Assembly (NCBI GenBank): GCA_036785375.1
Contig: JAWMAR010000039.1
Coordinates: 1,426,001 to 1,490,000 of the forward strand
Direction of reading: 5' to 3'
DNA from: Leucoraja ocellata
Taxonomy: Eukaryota
DNA length: 64,000 bases
Of the stretch, positions 11,511-24,110 are shown in pieces. The position numbers and the translations under genes were made by a program. Positions within the stretch are counted from its first letter, which is position 1. The number at the start of each line of letters is the position of its first letter. Below the pieces are notes generated by a model, which saw nothing but the letters and a program-made list of their open reading frames with translations, was not told where the DNA came from and did not search any database.

Positions 11511-11875
11511 GTGCAAGAAGGAACTGCAGATGCTGGCTATACACGGAAGATAGGCACAAAATTCTGGAGTAACTCAGCGGGACAGGCAACATCTCGGGAG
11601 AGAGGGAATGGGTGACGTTTTGGGTCTCGACCCTTCTTCAGACTACTGGGTGACGATGACGGAAGGCTCTCGACTCGAAACGTCACCCATTCCTTCTATC
11701 CAGAGATGCTGCCTGTCCCGCTGAGTTACTCCGGCATTTTGCGTCTAGCTAATGGGCGACGTTTTGGGTGGAGACCCTTGTTTATTCTGATGAAGGGTCT
11801 CGACCCGAAACGTCACCCATTCCCTCTCTCCAGACCTGCTACCCGTTCCGCTGAGTTACTCCAACGTTTTGTGTT
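11511..11875. mobile_element. Composite Penelope-derived element (alternating -/+/-/+ hammerhead-bearing units)
   Basis: TSD TAATTATTGCAAC at 11498-11510 and 11878-11890; intact core CTGATGA-A-GGGTCTCGACCC-GAAACGTC at 11787-11814. Confidence 0.8.
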
Positions 11876-12244
11876 CATAATTATTGCAACTTCTGTTAAA
11901 GCACAATTCTGGAACCTGATGGAATACTTACAACCTATTGTGATGAGTACAGTTCCAAAAGCCCCACAGCCTCCAGGAGATAGCAGGGTATTTGATTCTG
12001 CCCCATCCACCTGTTTGAACATAATAAGGTTCCATCAATACGGCATTGCCACAGTGTGGGCACCATCCAAACTCATCTACACTGTGACAGCTTTTATTTT
12101 AGCAAATCAATACGTTTAACTCCGAAAAGATGTGGGCAGCTGATCTATAGGAACACCTCCACCTTGGGTTCCTCTTCCTATCCTGATTAGGAACTCTCCC
12201 ACCGAACCTTCATTGACAAAGGTTTCATCCTGGAACTCACAGCG

Positions 12245-12745
12245 GTTTAGTTTAATATTATTGTCACATGTACTGCGGTACAGTGAACAGATTTGTGTTT
12301 AAGTGCTATCCTGTCAAAGAAACAACTACACATGAATACAACCTAGCCATCCAGTGCAATGAAGTCTGACAAAGCATGATTAAAGATAGTTCAAAGGTCT
12401 CCAATGAGGTAGACGGGAGGTCAGGACTGCACTCTAGTTGATGAGAGGACAGTTTAGTTGCCTGTTCACAGCTGGGAAGAAACTGTCCCTGAATCTGGAG
12501 GTTTGCATTTGCAAATTTCTGTACCTCTTGCCTGATCGGAGAGGGGAGAAGAGGGAGTGACACCGAGGTTGTGCTGGCAGTCTTGTCAAGGCAGCGTGAA
12601 GTGTAGATGGAGTCAATGGAAGGGAGGTTGGTTTGTGTGATGTTCTGGGCTACGGACTCAACAGCAATTTCTGTGGTCTAGGATGGAGCCGTTCCCAAAC
12701 CATGTTGTGATGCATCCCGATAAAATACTATCCACAGCGCATCTT
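12245..12745 (-). mobile_element. Rex1/Babar-type LINE 3' fragment
   Basis: ORF 12434-12616(-) HSLFSPLRSGKRYRNLQMQTSRFRDSFFPAVNRQLN is homologous to the 6666-7028 peptide; gtgacaataa tail. Confidence 0.8.
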
Positions 12746-13509
12746 TAGATGCCAAATCTACAATTGTACAGTGGGTGTACATTTACCTCACAGACGAGCA
12801 GTTATAGATGGTGACGAGCATCAAATGCTGGCATTGCCAATAAAATCGGCCCATGAAAAACAAAAATGTAATATTATTGAGCAGGATAACAGCATCTGTG
12901 TCGGGGAAATGCTGGCATCTTGGTGTTGTTCACCCTGATGCACTGGTTGCAAGTACATCACTGTTCCTCACTGAACTGCCTCAGTGCTGTGGAGCTCGCC
13001 ACGTCTGGGGAGACCTGAACTTGCAGAAGTAGAGGGGGGCTCGCACATGGGAGTGAAGGTCACACATACGGCTGTAAACTAGAGAGAGGATGGCGCAGGG
13101 AAAAATGTGGCTGCACAAAGGCTGACCAGTCCACGTTCTCTCTTCATGGCTTGTGATGCGAGTGTCATTGACAAAGTCAGCAGTTATTGCTCGTCACAGT
13201 TAACCCGAGTGGCCACTCCAGAGGATAACTGGGTGTCGGGTCAGTGCAGAGCCACACATAAACAGTGATGTGTAGGCTGGGTGGGCCATTGGAGAGCCAG
13301 GTGAGTTGTTATGACAATCCAGTGGTTTCATGGGCACAGTTACTGATATTCCGGATCATTTAATTAACTAAATTTAAGTTTCCCACTTGGCACGGTATGG
13401 TTTAATGTGTATTTCTCAGTTAATAGTTTGTGACTCTGTATTATCGGCCCAGAGGCAACATCACTGTGCGAGCAGACTCTGAGGCAACAGGTCAATATTT
13501 TCCACGACA

Positions 13510-13830
13510 AGTAGAGAGAGTCTTGAACTAGAGGTCACAGCCTCAGAATTAAAGGACCTTCCTTTAGGAAGGAGATGAGGAGGAATTTCTTTAGTCAGAG
13601 GGTGGTGAACCTGTGGAATTCTTTGCCACAAAAGGCTGTGGAGGCCGTCAATGGATATTTTTAAGGCAGAGATAAATAGATTCTTGATTAGTACGGGTGT
13701 CATGGGTTATGGAGAGAAGGCAGGAGAATGGGGTTAAAAGGGAGAGAGAGATCAGTCATGATTGAATGGCGGAGTAGACATGATGGGCCGAATGGCATAA
13801 TTCTGCTCCTATCAATTATGACCTGATGAC
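13510..13830 (+). mobile_element. CR1 3' fragment
   Basis: aactagaggtcacagcctcagaattaaagg...aggaggaatttctttagtcagagggtggtgaacctgtggaattc...ggccgaatggcataattctgctcctat. Confidence 0.88.
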
Positions 13831-13914
13831 AAAGGTATCGTCCCAGTTGTGGTGGAAGTACTCTCAGCTCCGTCCGCCGGGTCCATACTCTGCTCCGGAG
13901 CTCATCCTCACAGT

Positions 13915-14107
13915 GATAGACACAAAAAGCTGGAGTAACTCAGCGGGACAGGCAGCATCTCTGGAGAGAAAGAATGGGTGACCCTTGGTCTCGACCCAAA
14001 ACGTCACCCATTCCTTCTCTCCAGAGATGTTGCCTGTCCCGCTGAGTTACTCCACCTTATTGTATCTATCTTCGGTTTAAACCAGCATCTGCAGTTCCTT
14101 CCTACAC
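13915..14107. mobile_element. Palindromic Penelope-derived unit
   Basis: Arm ggagtaactcagcgggacaggcagcatctctggagagaa..aatgggtga is inverted as tcacccattccttctctccagagatgttgcctgtcccgctgagttactcc; imperfect flanking duplication atcct(ca/ag)cagtg. Confidence 0.75.
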
Positions 14108-15869
14108 CTATCCTAGCAGTGGTTGGCTCCCTGCAGCAGAGCTGCGCCAGAAATGCTGCCATTAGAGCTGCTTGGGCAATTTAATTCATATCAGAAGCTG
14201 CTGCACAGAGTAATGACCTGTGATGTCTGAAACCCTACTGGGGCCTGGATGCTGGAGCATCGCAGAGGTTAGAGATACAAATGCAGAGCCACTCACTGGA
14301 ATACACTTAATTGGAACAAAACTTAGTGCTGTGTTCTTTCAGTGCTATAAGCCCAAGATGGGAAGGTTTTATATCTCCGAGCCACCAAGCCACAGCAGCT
14401 TGAATGATTAACAGCCGAGCCGGGAAACTTGTTTTCATCTCCTGCTGGGGAAGATAGTTAAAGGATAGAGTAAACCTAAATATTATTGGGGTTTTTCAAA
14501 TCTGGCAATATTTCACATGTGAGGACTTTGCCTGGCTGTCAATTAATATTAAACTATTGATTTCTTCCAGGCTGTTGCAAAAATAATCTTGGCATGGAAT
14601 CTGTTCCCTGGAGCTAATCATACTGCAATCAATTGTCACTAAAAGCGTCTCTAGATTGGCAGGAATGCAGCCTATAAATCCCCATGAATTATAAACCGTC
14701 ATCTGCATTGATGGCAGCTCTCATATTTTGTTGCATTAAACTCTCGCATTGAGCCCCTGGGGCCAGGAACTGAAGAGGCAGTGTAAATCTCCAGCTGCGC
14801 TCCTTTGAAAACACACACTCTTCACAATCAAGCAAACTAACTTTCAACTGGTGGCGGAATCAAAGTCTCTCTGCACTCCATGAGAGGCCCGTGATGAAAA
14901 TGGTGCTAATTGGTCTGATCCATCACTGTGCTGTCGAACTGCCCAAAAAGATTTATATTTCCCGAGCTAACAAGTCACCAAGTGATGCCTCTTGTTGCAC
15001 CATCTCCCCACCCAGGAAGGGAGAGGCCACCCCTGTAACTGCACTGTGTACGATTGATAATAAACGGTGTTTGTTCGGGCTCGGCTCATGCCCTCTCTGG
15101 GAGGGTAGTAGGCAGGCAGCAGATTCATCAGGGTGGCACTGAGCTGGAAGGAAGAGACTTCAGAACTGGCAGGTTTTCCCAGGGGGTCGTTGGCTTCATT
15201 TCTCCCAGTCGTAGTACAAACAGTCACAGCTTGTGCTCTGCAGACCTGCTCTTCACTGCCGTTAGTCTGAACATGTTCTTAATTGGTGCGTTCATCAAAT
15301 AAAGACGGAATTTGCACTTGCCACCAGATTGTTACTTCCGAGTACTCACCAAGTCAGCTCCTTTACAATGTCTCTGCATATTAATAAGGAATTCCAAATA
15401 AATAATTACAAAAAAAAGGCTTGCTATAAACATGATGGGATTCAAGTGTCCTTTGAGAGAGTTGGTGTACGTGTGAGTAATATTCATATGTTTGTATAAG
15501 TTAATTAGCTCTCATTAAACAGCATTGCGGAATAAATGAATGAACAGTTCACATTTTAATGGCAAACCTCAACAGTAATGTAAACTCAAGGGATTTAGAA
15601 TTAACCCTTTAGAACGTGTCTGACTCCAGTGCTGCATGAGGCAACATAATTCCTGACGAGTCCTTTATGTTTCCACAGGGTCACATTGTGAGATGTCTCT
15701 TCTGGGCTGTTGTTATGGTTTGGTTATAATATTCCATTGGCAATTCTGTGGGTTGAGTCGACGAGTGCCTGAATCACACAGACCAGGAGGTTTTGAGTTT
15801 CAGTCTACAAGACGTGCTCACGTAGGTTAATACCAGTCAGGGTCAGTTGACGGCATCAGATTCCCCTGT

Positions 15870-16151
15870 AGACATAGAAACATAAAAAATAGGTGCAGGG
15901 GGAGGCCATTCGGCCCTTCAAGCCAGCACCGCCATTCATTGTGACCATGGCTGATCGTCCCCAATCAATAACCCGCGCCTTCTTTCTCCCCATATCTCTT
16001 GATTCCACTAGCTCTAACTCTCTCTTAAATCCATCCAGTGACTTGGCCTCCACTGCCCTCTGTGGCAGGGAATTCCACAAATTCACAACTCTCTGGGTGA
16101 AAAAGTTTTTTCTCACCTCAGTCTTAAATGGCTTCCCCTTTATTCTAAGAA
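15870..16151 (-). mobile_element. CR1 3' fragment
   Basis: ORF 15856-16173(-) LRIKGKPFKTEVRKNFFTQRVVNLWNSLPQRAVEAKSLDGFKRELE; catagaaa tail. Confidence 0.9.
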
Positions 16152-17399
16152 TGTACTGGACAGACTGCTGCAACCTTCTCCTCGGGCAACCGCTCGGGAT
16201 CGAGGATGTCTTACTTCCAGTCTGATTTCATAGCGGCACCCTCTCAGCTGTATTGAGCACATGATGCCAATCGATGTCATGGGCATGGGCATGTTGGGCA
16301 GAAGGGCCTGTTTCCATGCTGTATGACACTGTGACTATAGGACTCCTGAAGCACCTATTGCAAGCCCTGTCATGAGAAGACATTATCAGGGCTACAGGAG
16401 AAACAGATTCAATAATATGAGCCCCATGGAAGAAATGCATCTTCCCCGCTGCCTCCTGAGAATCCCTGGCCCATGGGCACTCTACATGGAGGCAAAACAT
16501 CCAAGTAAATCTTGAGATCTTAGTAAACGTAAATAAGGAATGGAAGTTCATCTGATGCCTGTGGAACCACATCCCAACAAAGAGTTAAAACTTTGCAGAG
16601 AAAAGTAATTTAATGCAATGATCTGTAATAGAAGGGATTCAGTCACTACACTTTGCAGGCAAGAGGAAGGAAAACTAAGATCAAACTTTTAAAAGGAGGT
16701 AAAAATGCAGAGGTCAAATGTATTGTAGGGGAGGGCAAATAAGGAATGAATTTCAGACTGCAGTGCCCTGGATTTAAAAGGGTTCAAATATAATTTGAAT
16801 CTATATGGAAATATTTGTATAATAAGGATAATAATTGAAAAGAGAAATCAAGACATTCTAATGTAGAATTAGGAACTTAGATGCAAGGAGAAAATTAGCT
16901 AAAATGCAAGCCTTAAAGTTAACATGTATGGGAAGTATAGATGTAAAGGAGATGTTGGATTATTGTGATCAGAACTGCGGGCTCAATCATTCTGCTTGCT
17001 GCCCTGTCATGTTTGCTGATCTTATTGTCCACCTCCCTCCACATGAACTCTCCACCCTGTATTCACAATCGTTTCCTTGGGCTTGCTATCTTACTTTTCA
17101 AATCTGCTCAATCACAGCACCATCGCTATACTTCCTTGAATCTATCTCTCACTTCCTTGAATTACCATCTATTCCCTTCCCTGACCCATCCCCACCTTTG
17201 TTCGGTCTCTGCCCCTTGTTAAAACTCTGGCATCATTTGTTTAGATTGGCAGTCCCCTGACCTGTGGCCCTCCATTTGTACAGACATGGCAGGTAATACT
17301 GATTTATTAAATCACGTTTTTGTGTATATCTCCGATCGCCTATTTCCCATTAAAGCTATTACTCGTTATACTGACTGTCTTCATGGTACAGGCACCTCT

Positions 17400-17680
17400 G
17401 AGTGTGCCTGTAATTGTGATTCCATCCCATACCTTGCACTTCTCTGGATCTGCATCGTTAAACCTTGTTACATATTTGTTCCAGAAATCAGGCTCAGATC
17501 GTGACTCCGCACCATCATCAAGAACGTCTCTTTTCACTTCATAACATTGCCCAATTCAGCACTTGGCTAAGGCTCAAAGCCCTTGAAACTTACCTGAAAA
17601 TTGGATCCCAGTAATATAGCTGGCCTTCCTTGTTCTTCTATCCATGCACAATGTTATCCAAATAGGGTCCAAATGCTCAC
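17400..17680 (+). mobile_element. Highly degraded L2-type ORF2 relic
   Basis: aaccttgttacatatttgttccagaaatc...cgcaccatcatcaagaacgtctcttttcacttcataacattgcc resembles a frameshifted L2 motif NLGVIFDPE..F..HI..I.K.A.FHL.NIA. Confidence 0.45.
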
Positions 17681-17684
17681 GCAT

Positions 17685-18010
17685 GTATAAAGTCATGAGG
17701 GCATTTGACAGGGTGAATGCTCAGTCTTTTCTCCAGGGAGGGCAATCAAGAACTCAAGGGCTTAGGCTTAAGGTGAGAGGGACCTGAAGGGCAACATTTT
17801 CACTCAGAGTTGTGGGTATGTGGAACGAGCTGCCAGAGGCAAGCAAAATAACAACATTTAAAAGACATTTGAACAGGTACGTGGATAAGAAAGGTTTAGA
17901 GGGACATGGGCTGGGAGCAGGTAAATGGAACTTGCTTGAATGTTGCATCTTGTTCAGTGTGGACAGGTTGGGCCGATGCGCCTGTTTCCATGCTGTATGA
18001 CTCCATGACA
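17685..18010 (+). mobile_element. CR1 3' fragment
   Basis: ORF 17812-18000 MWNELPEA...TTFKRHLNRY; tail ctgtttccatgctgtatgactccatgac. Confidence 0.8.
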
Positions 18011-19371
18011 ACCAGTTTGTCTATCGACCCTCCACTTGCTGGCATTGATTGGCTGCCTATTGAGCAGTGACTTGAATCTGAAATCTGATTCATGATGGGG
18101 GATAGTTCATCCCTATCACTGGCACCTCCTCTCGTCCCATAACACACCAGGATCCCTGGCCTCTGCATCATTCCTGAATGTAATTGTTTCCGGATTGGTG
18201 CTTTTGCCTGCGGCTGCCAATGATTCTTTCCATTAACCTGTGCTTCTCCATCGCTGTTTCCTCATTTATGGCACTCTGCAAAACGTGTCTCTTTGATCAA
18301 CCATTGGTCCCCTCTGTGGATCTGTTGAACGAGAGGCTGGTGGGGTGGAAGTGGAACCCTAGACTTTCTCTGGTGGGTAGGACAGAGGTTGAGAGCAGAG
18401 GTGTGGGACGTAGGTGAACACTGGACCGTTGCGCTGCGTTCAACGTGTGCACTAGTGCAGTGCGTTGTGATTAAGCGAGTCCTCTTCCTCCACGTTCACT
18501 CCTCTCCCCTCCCCCCCTCTCCCCCCTCCCCCCCCCCCCCCCCCCCCGCCAGAAGCGGAGACTGGTGTAAGACTTGGCAGCTATTTTGATGAGGCAAGGA
18601 GTGATAAATTGTTTTCATTGGTCAGCAATGCAGTCATGAGGGGTCATAAATTTAGCAAAGAATTCATTACCCGGGAGGGTGCTCAGACTGTGGGACTCTC
18701 CACAGCAAACCACGTGGAAATATATTCCATAAATTCTTTGCAAAGGCCATTAGATGGTTGCTTGAAAACAAGGAATCTCAAATAGCACGGCAGTGAGCAA
18801 GAGAGTGCGATTAGACCAATAAAGTCATGGTGGAAAGTGCCAAAGTAGGTTTGATGAATCAACCTGGTTCTGCATTGTAACATTCAAAATGTTATCTCTT
18901 ATTGCGTACGTGCATGTGCGTGTAAAAGAGCCAGATGTGGGATTAACACAAGTGTGATCTGATCAGTGGGTTTTATGTCTGAATCAGACCCCAATTGTAC
19001 AACTTCAATTCTCATTGACTTTGGTGGACCCGATTCCATCAGTAATGACAGTGCTGTCCATGGAGAACGATGTGAACAGGGTGACCTTCCATAAAGCATT
19101 GGATCAGGGTAGTGTTCCCCAGTAACCACTCCATTCGTCAGCAAAATAGTTCTTGCAGCTGATGGGATGGTTTTATGAAAGCAGTGTGCGGTATGGGGAT
19201 GGGCATTGGAGGATTTGAAGCTGCTCTGTGCTTGTGTCATTTATGGAGAGTTAATCCAACAGTGTCTGGCACTGGCACACGAGGCTGATGGACAGGGTGG
19301 GGTGGAGGTGGAGGGGAAATTGTGGACTTGCCGTCGGCTCCACCAAGTCCCTGTTTTTCCTTTCCGATCCT

Positions 19372-19823
19372 TAGAACATAGAACAGGAACAGGCCCTTCG
19401 GCCCGCATGCTGAACATGATGCCAGGTTAAATTAATCAGCGCCGCCTGCATGAGATCCATATCCCTCCATATCCAAGTGCTATTAAAAAACATTTTAAAT
19501 GCCATTATTGTATCTTCCTCCACCATCACTTCTGGCAGCGTGTTCCAGACACCCACCACACTGTGTCAACAACTTGCCCCTTGCTTCTACTTTAAACTTT
19601 GTGCCTCTCACTTTTAAGCTACTATGCCCTCTGATCTTTTGACATTCCAAGCCTGGGAAGAAAGATTCTGACCATCTACCCGATCTGTTCCTTTCATATT
19701 TTGTATATATTTCTATCAAGTCTTCCCTCAGCCTCCTATGCTCCAATTTGTCCAGCCTCTCCTTACAGCCAATACCCACTTCTCCAGGCAGCATTCTGGT
19801 AAACCTCTTCCGCACTCTGTCCG
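19372..19823 (-). mobile_element. CR1 3' fragment
   Basis: ORF 19495-19836(-) DRVRKRFTRMLPG...RRLREDLIEIY. Confidence 0.8.
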
Positions 19824-19896
19824 AAGACTTCTTCATATTTCACATGGAAACTCAGTGAGTGATGTGCAACACTGGGCTTGCTGCTTCATTGGCAGT

Positions 19897-20385
19897 TAGA
19901 GTCATAGAGTGATACAGTGTGGAAACAGGCCCAACTTGCCCACACCGGCCAACATGTCTCAGCTACACTCAGTCCCACCTGCCAGCATTTGGTCTATATC
20001 CCTCCAAACCTGTCCTATCCATGTACCTGTCTAAATGTTTCCTAAATGTTGGGATAGTCCCTGCCTCAACTACCTCCTCTTGCAGCTTTTTCCATACGTG
20101 AACCACCCTTCCTGTACAAACGTTATCCCTCAGGTTCCTATTAAATCTTTTCTCCTTCACCTTAAACCTATGTCCTCTGGTTCGCGATTCACTTCCTCTG
20201 GGCAAGGGACTGTGCATCTCCCCAATCTATTCCTCTCACAATCGTATACACCTCTATAAGACCACCCCTCATCCTCCTGCTCTCCAAGGAATAGAGCCCC
20301 AGCATACTCAACCTTTGCCTATAGCTCAGATCCTCTAGTCCTTCCAACATCCTCGTAAAGCTTCTCTGTATCCTTTCCAGCTTGA
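19897..20385 (-). mobile_element. CR1 3' fragment
   Basis: ORFs 20189-20419(-) LERIQRSFTRML...RRMRGGLIEVY and 19969-20217(-) SRTRGHRFKVK. Confidence 0.85.
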
Positions 20386-21856
20386 AAAGCTTAAAGTTCT
20401 TAAATAAATGCAGGGTCACGTGCAGAGAGTGTACTCAGCACCCTCTCTGTACTCAAAAATAAAGCATTCAAGCTAAAACTATGATGTGAGCAATAAGCAG
20501 AAGAAAAAACATTGTAGGGAGAAGAACACAACAAGGTAGAATTAATCCAGAATCTCATCCTTGAGTGGATTCCATGTAGAGCTTGCACTTTAGGCAGGTC
20601 TTTGGGATGAAACAATCCCAAGCAGATTTTCCTAGTGCAATCTCTTATCTGGATGATGTCAATTTTCAATCCCCGAGAAAGCAGATCTTCAGACAAAACT
20701 ATAAATGTAAGCCATCAGTGTTATTATTTATCAATAGGAATCTTTTAACTCACAGTCATGTATTTGCAGATGGCTCTCGCGTCCTATTAATGTTGTGCTG
20801 GGACCGAGAGCAGCTTGTTTTAATGGTTTCCCAATCAGAGTAATTGAATTTGTCTGTTCCACGGTCAATTAACCTCCTTGGGTTAACCTTTCAAGCGCAC
20901 AGTCCAAGCCATCAAGTAAGTTTTAACTGAATTAATTTCTCAGCAGAGGTGTTGACACCAACAAATAAAATCTATCCAGTCCAGGCAGGGACTGATTGGG
21001 CTGCCGGTCAGCATTGCTATAGAAACAATGGACTTCGTCCAGCAATTCAACTGGCAGGAATCAATGTTTATCTTAAAGTCATACAAAATCTAACACAAAG
21101 GTGAACAGATGCGTGGAGCATTGTTTGTGATTTAACCCACATGGACAGCTGGGAAATGGCCCTTGAGAGCGGAGAAGAATATAAAATTAACAATAACATT
21201 AGGAACTCTACTTTTTATGAGTAACTTATTTCATTTCACTAGATTTCCCCCCCACCCCCGCTAAACGAGTCGTGGCCTTTCCACTCCCACACTTTAACAT
21301 ACAATAAATCCCCAGAAGCTGTTCCGTTGTAATCCTTGCAGGGAGATGCAGAAGCAATCTGTGTGACTGTACCTCTCAATTACCTTCATGGTGACGTTCC
21401 CAACCCATCTCCTGTACAACACACCATCTCACTGCGTACCCTTGGTATAGCTGTGGCCGTGACACCGTGACCTCCTTAATACCATTCCAACCACAATTTG
21501 GATTCACAGAGTGCCTTTTATGCTGGAGAGTGCCCCCATTTGTTGTTGATCACTGTAAATTAAAATGAAACAGAAGATATGATTAAATTTTTGGGGAAAC
21601 GTTTTAAGGGAAGTGTTAAAGGGGGAGAGAGACGGGAGACTTGTGGAGGAGGGTTGGTTTAGCCTGTTGATTCCAGAGTTTAATCCCTACCTGGCTTTAC
21701 AATCGGTGCTGGGGGAGTGGATGGATGAACGCATGCAATGGCAGAGTGAAATATCTGTGGGGTGGAGAGACGGAGATGTTTAGAGGGATAAATGTATGAG
21801 ATAATGGAGCGTTGAATATGTGGATACATTTATATTAGATATAACAAACATAACTA

Positions 21857-22123
21857 GAGCCATACAGTGTGGAAACAGGTCCTTCTGCCCAACTTGCCCA
21901 TGCCAACCAAGATGCCCCATCTACGTTAGTCTCACCTGCCTGTGTTTGGTCCATACCCCTCTAAACCTTTTCTATCTATGCACCTGTCCAAATGTCTTTT
22001 TAATGTTGTTACAGTACCTGACGCAACTTCTTCCTTTGGCAGCTCGTTCCATATACCCACTATGTGAAAAATATTGTCCCTCAGGTTCCTTTAAAATCTT
22101 ATCCCTCTCATCTTAAACCTATA
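21857..22123 (-). mobile_element. CR1 3' fragment
   Basis: Colinear with 19897-20170 (catacagtgtggaaacagg...cacctgcctg.gtttggtccatac.cctctaaacc). Confidence 0.75.
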
Positions 22124-24110
22124 TCGAAGATATGGCATAAAACCTTATTGATAATGTTGGACGAGATGTGCAGCCAGGAGAGTATTGGAATTGTCTTTAT
22201 TTTATTAGGCTGTCTTTTTGATGATCAACCCATCTGATCTATCATATGCTGTAGCCTTGGACAACCATCCTGACTATTCGCACTACCTCCGATCTTCACC
22301 TCATCCATATTTGTTGATGCATAGCCAGACTCTGATTTGTTTTCTCTCATAATGCTGACATGGAATCCTTTGAAAGGTTTTGAATTCGCATGAAGAGGCC
22401 TAATTTACTCAAGCAGGTTGAATTTTTGTAAGTATCAATTCGATTTTTGCAAGTGAATCCTAAATCCTGCACCTAAGTCTCTAAACCTGAACTCACAGCT
22501 TTTGATTCACAAGGTGAGCAAGAGTCCTAGCACTAATTCTGCACATGGTTATGAGAAACTGAGACAGAGCGGATGAGAAGGATCTATGTGCCTCAGTAGA
22601 GGTGTTAAAATCTTGAAAATCAATATCCCTTGGTTATTGTGAGAAAGATTAACTGGGGATTGAAGGGAAACTTTTCAGTCAGAGGGAAGAGAGAGTCTGG
22701 AACTCATTACCTACAGTACTGGTGGTGAAGGATGCCTTTGTTGCATTTAAAACAACTTGGAAGAGGAAACTGGAGCCCACAGACCAGGATCCGGAGGGTA
22801 CGATCCGCTACACTGTCATACATCCAATATGAACAGAATGGGCCAAATGACCAGCTCCAGTTCTATCAATTCATATAGTACAGTACAATTCATATAGTAC
22901 AGTACTTCTTTGAACTGGAATGTGTCCTGTTTAGAGAACATACAAACGACAGTTCTATTGCACTATAGTGAAGGTGAAGGTCGAGCATTGTGTTTACAAG
23001 GTTACAGACCTTACTGCTGGGGTGAAAACTATAGGTGGAATGAATGAATAATAAAGCCTTGGATCCGAGTGAATTAACTTGCATTTGAAACCGAGATGCA
23101 ATTTTCTAGCCGTGTTCCTCAGGGGTTCTCAGGTTGTTATTGTTAACAAACTTTAAACAGCTTTTAATGCAGTCACCTTAGCCCATGGGGATTAATCGCG
23201 CGGCCACAGTTTTTACTTTGGTGCCTTTTTTCGCTGCCTTTTGATTAATGTGCAGCCACGGGGGAGCTGATAGCAGCCTGTGCAGTGATACTGCCTTGCT
23301 GGCTCTGTCAGGAATCTGTAAATTTGTGAATTCAATTGTTGTATCTCTAATGGAAATAAGAGAGAAGTTTTTAGTTAAAAGAAAATTGGGTCTGAAGGGA
23401 CAGAGGCTGAATATTGCAAGGGGAACTTTGAGGGTAATTCTTTGGGGTGAAGTGAGGCTTGCCATTCACCCGCTTCTGTCGGCACTGCAGGTTGTAGTGC
23501 CTCTGAGAGAAGGTCACAGTGGCTTCAAATATCCTCAGAGTGGAACAGTGTGGAGTTCAGTGATGTCCAACATCGTAAACTCCCTCACAATAAACTTCCA
23601 AGTTTCTGACTCTGTCCACCCAGGGGGAAGGTGGCAAATTGGCTTAGATAAGAAACTATATCAATTTCCTTGCTGGTTCAGCAATTGTATTGCACGTGCA
23701 GCTTGGATCACCAGTAGCCATAGTCTCCACTGAATGAACTAACAGCAGTCAGCTCTGGCAGGTAGCAGACTGTATTTAGGGTCAGCAGAAGTCTTGATCT
23801 TGACAGCTGTCCAGCAATGATTGCTGGCGAAGGTGTATGCATCATGATGACTGTAAACCATCCTGGATAAAGTCTGAAGTAGGGTCCTGACTCAAACCGT
23901 CATCTATCCGTGAACTCCAGGGATGTCGCATGACCTGCTTTACTGGGCAAAGTATTAGAGGGCACAAGATTGTATTTGAAGGCATCACATTAAGGAGAAG
24001 TGAGGGAATTGGTAAGGAGAATAAAATAAGCATTCTGCTGCCCGCTAACATCCTGGACCTCAGATGCAAACTGTTTCTTTTCCTCAGAGGCAGACTGACC
24101 TGCTGAATTC

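Noticed and set aside
17340-17595. Minus-strand ORF with donor-like AG|GTATGG
   Set aside because: In-frame stop upstream, and the region is better explained as a plus-strand L2 relic
19050-19070. GTGCTGTCCATGG resembling a REST/NRSE site
   Set aside because: Only one half-site is present
22867-22904. Exact 19-bp tandem duplication CAATTCATATAGTACAGTA
   Set aside because: Two copies only, no spacers; ordinary slippage duplication, not CRISPR-like
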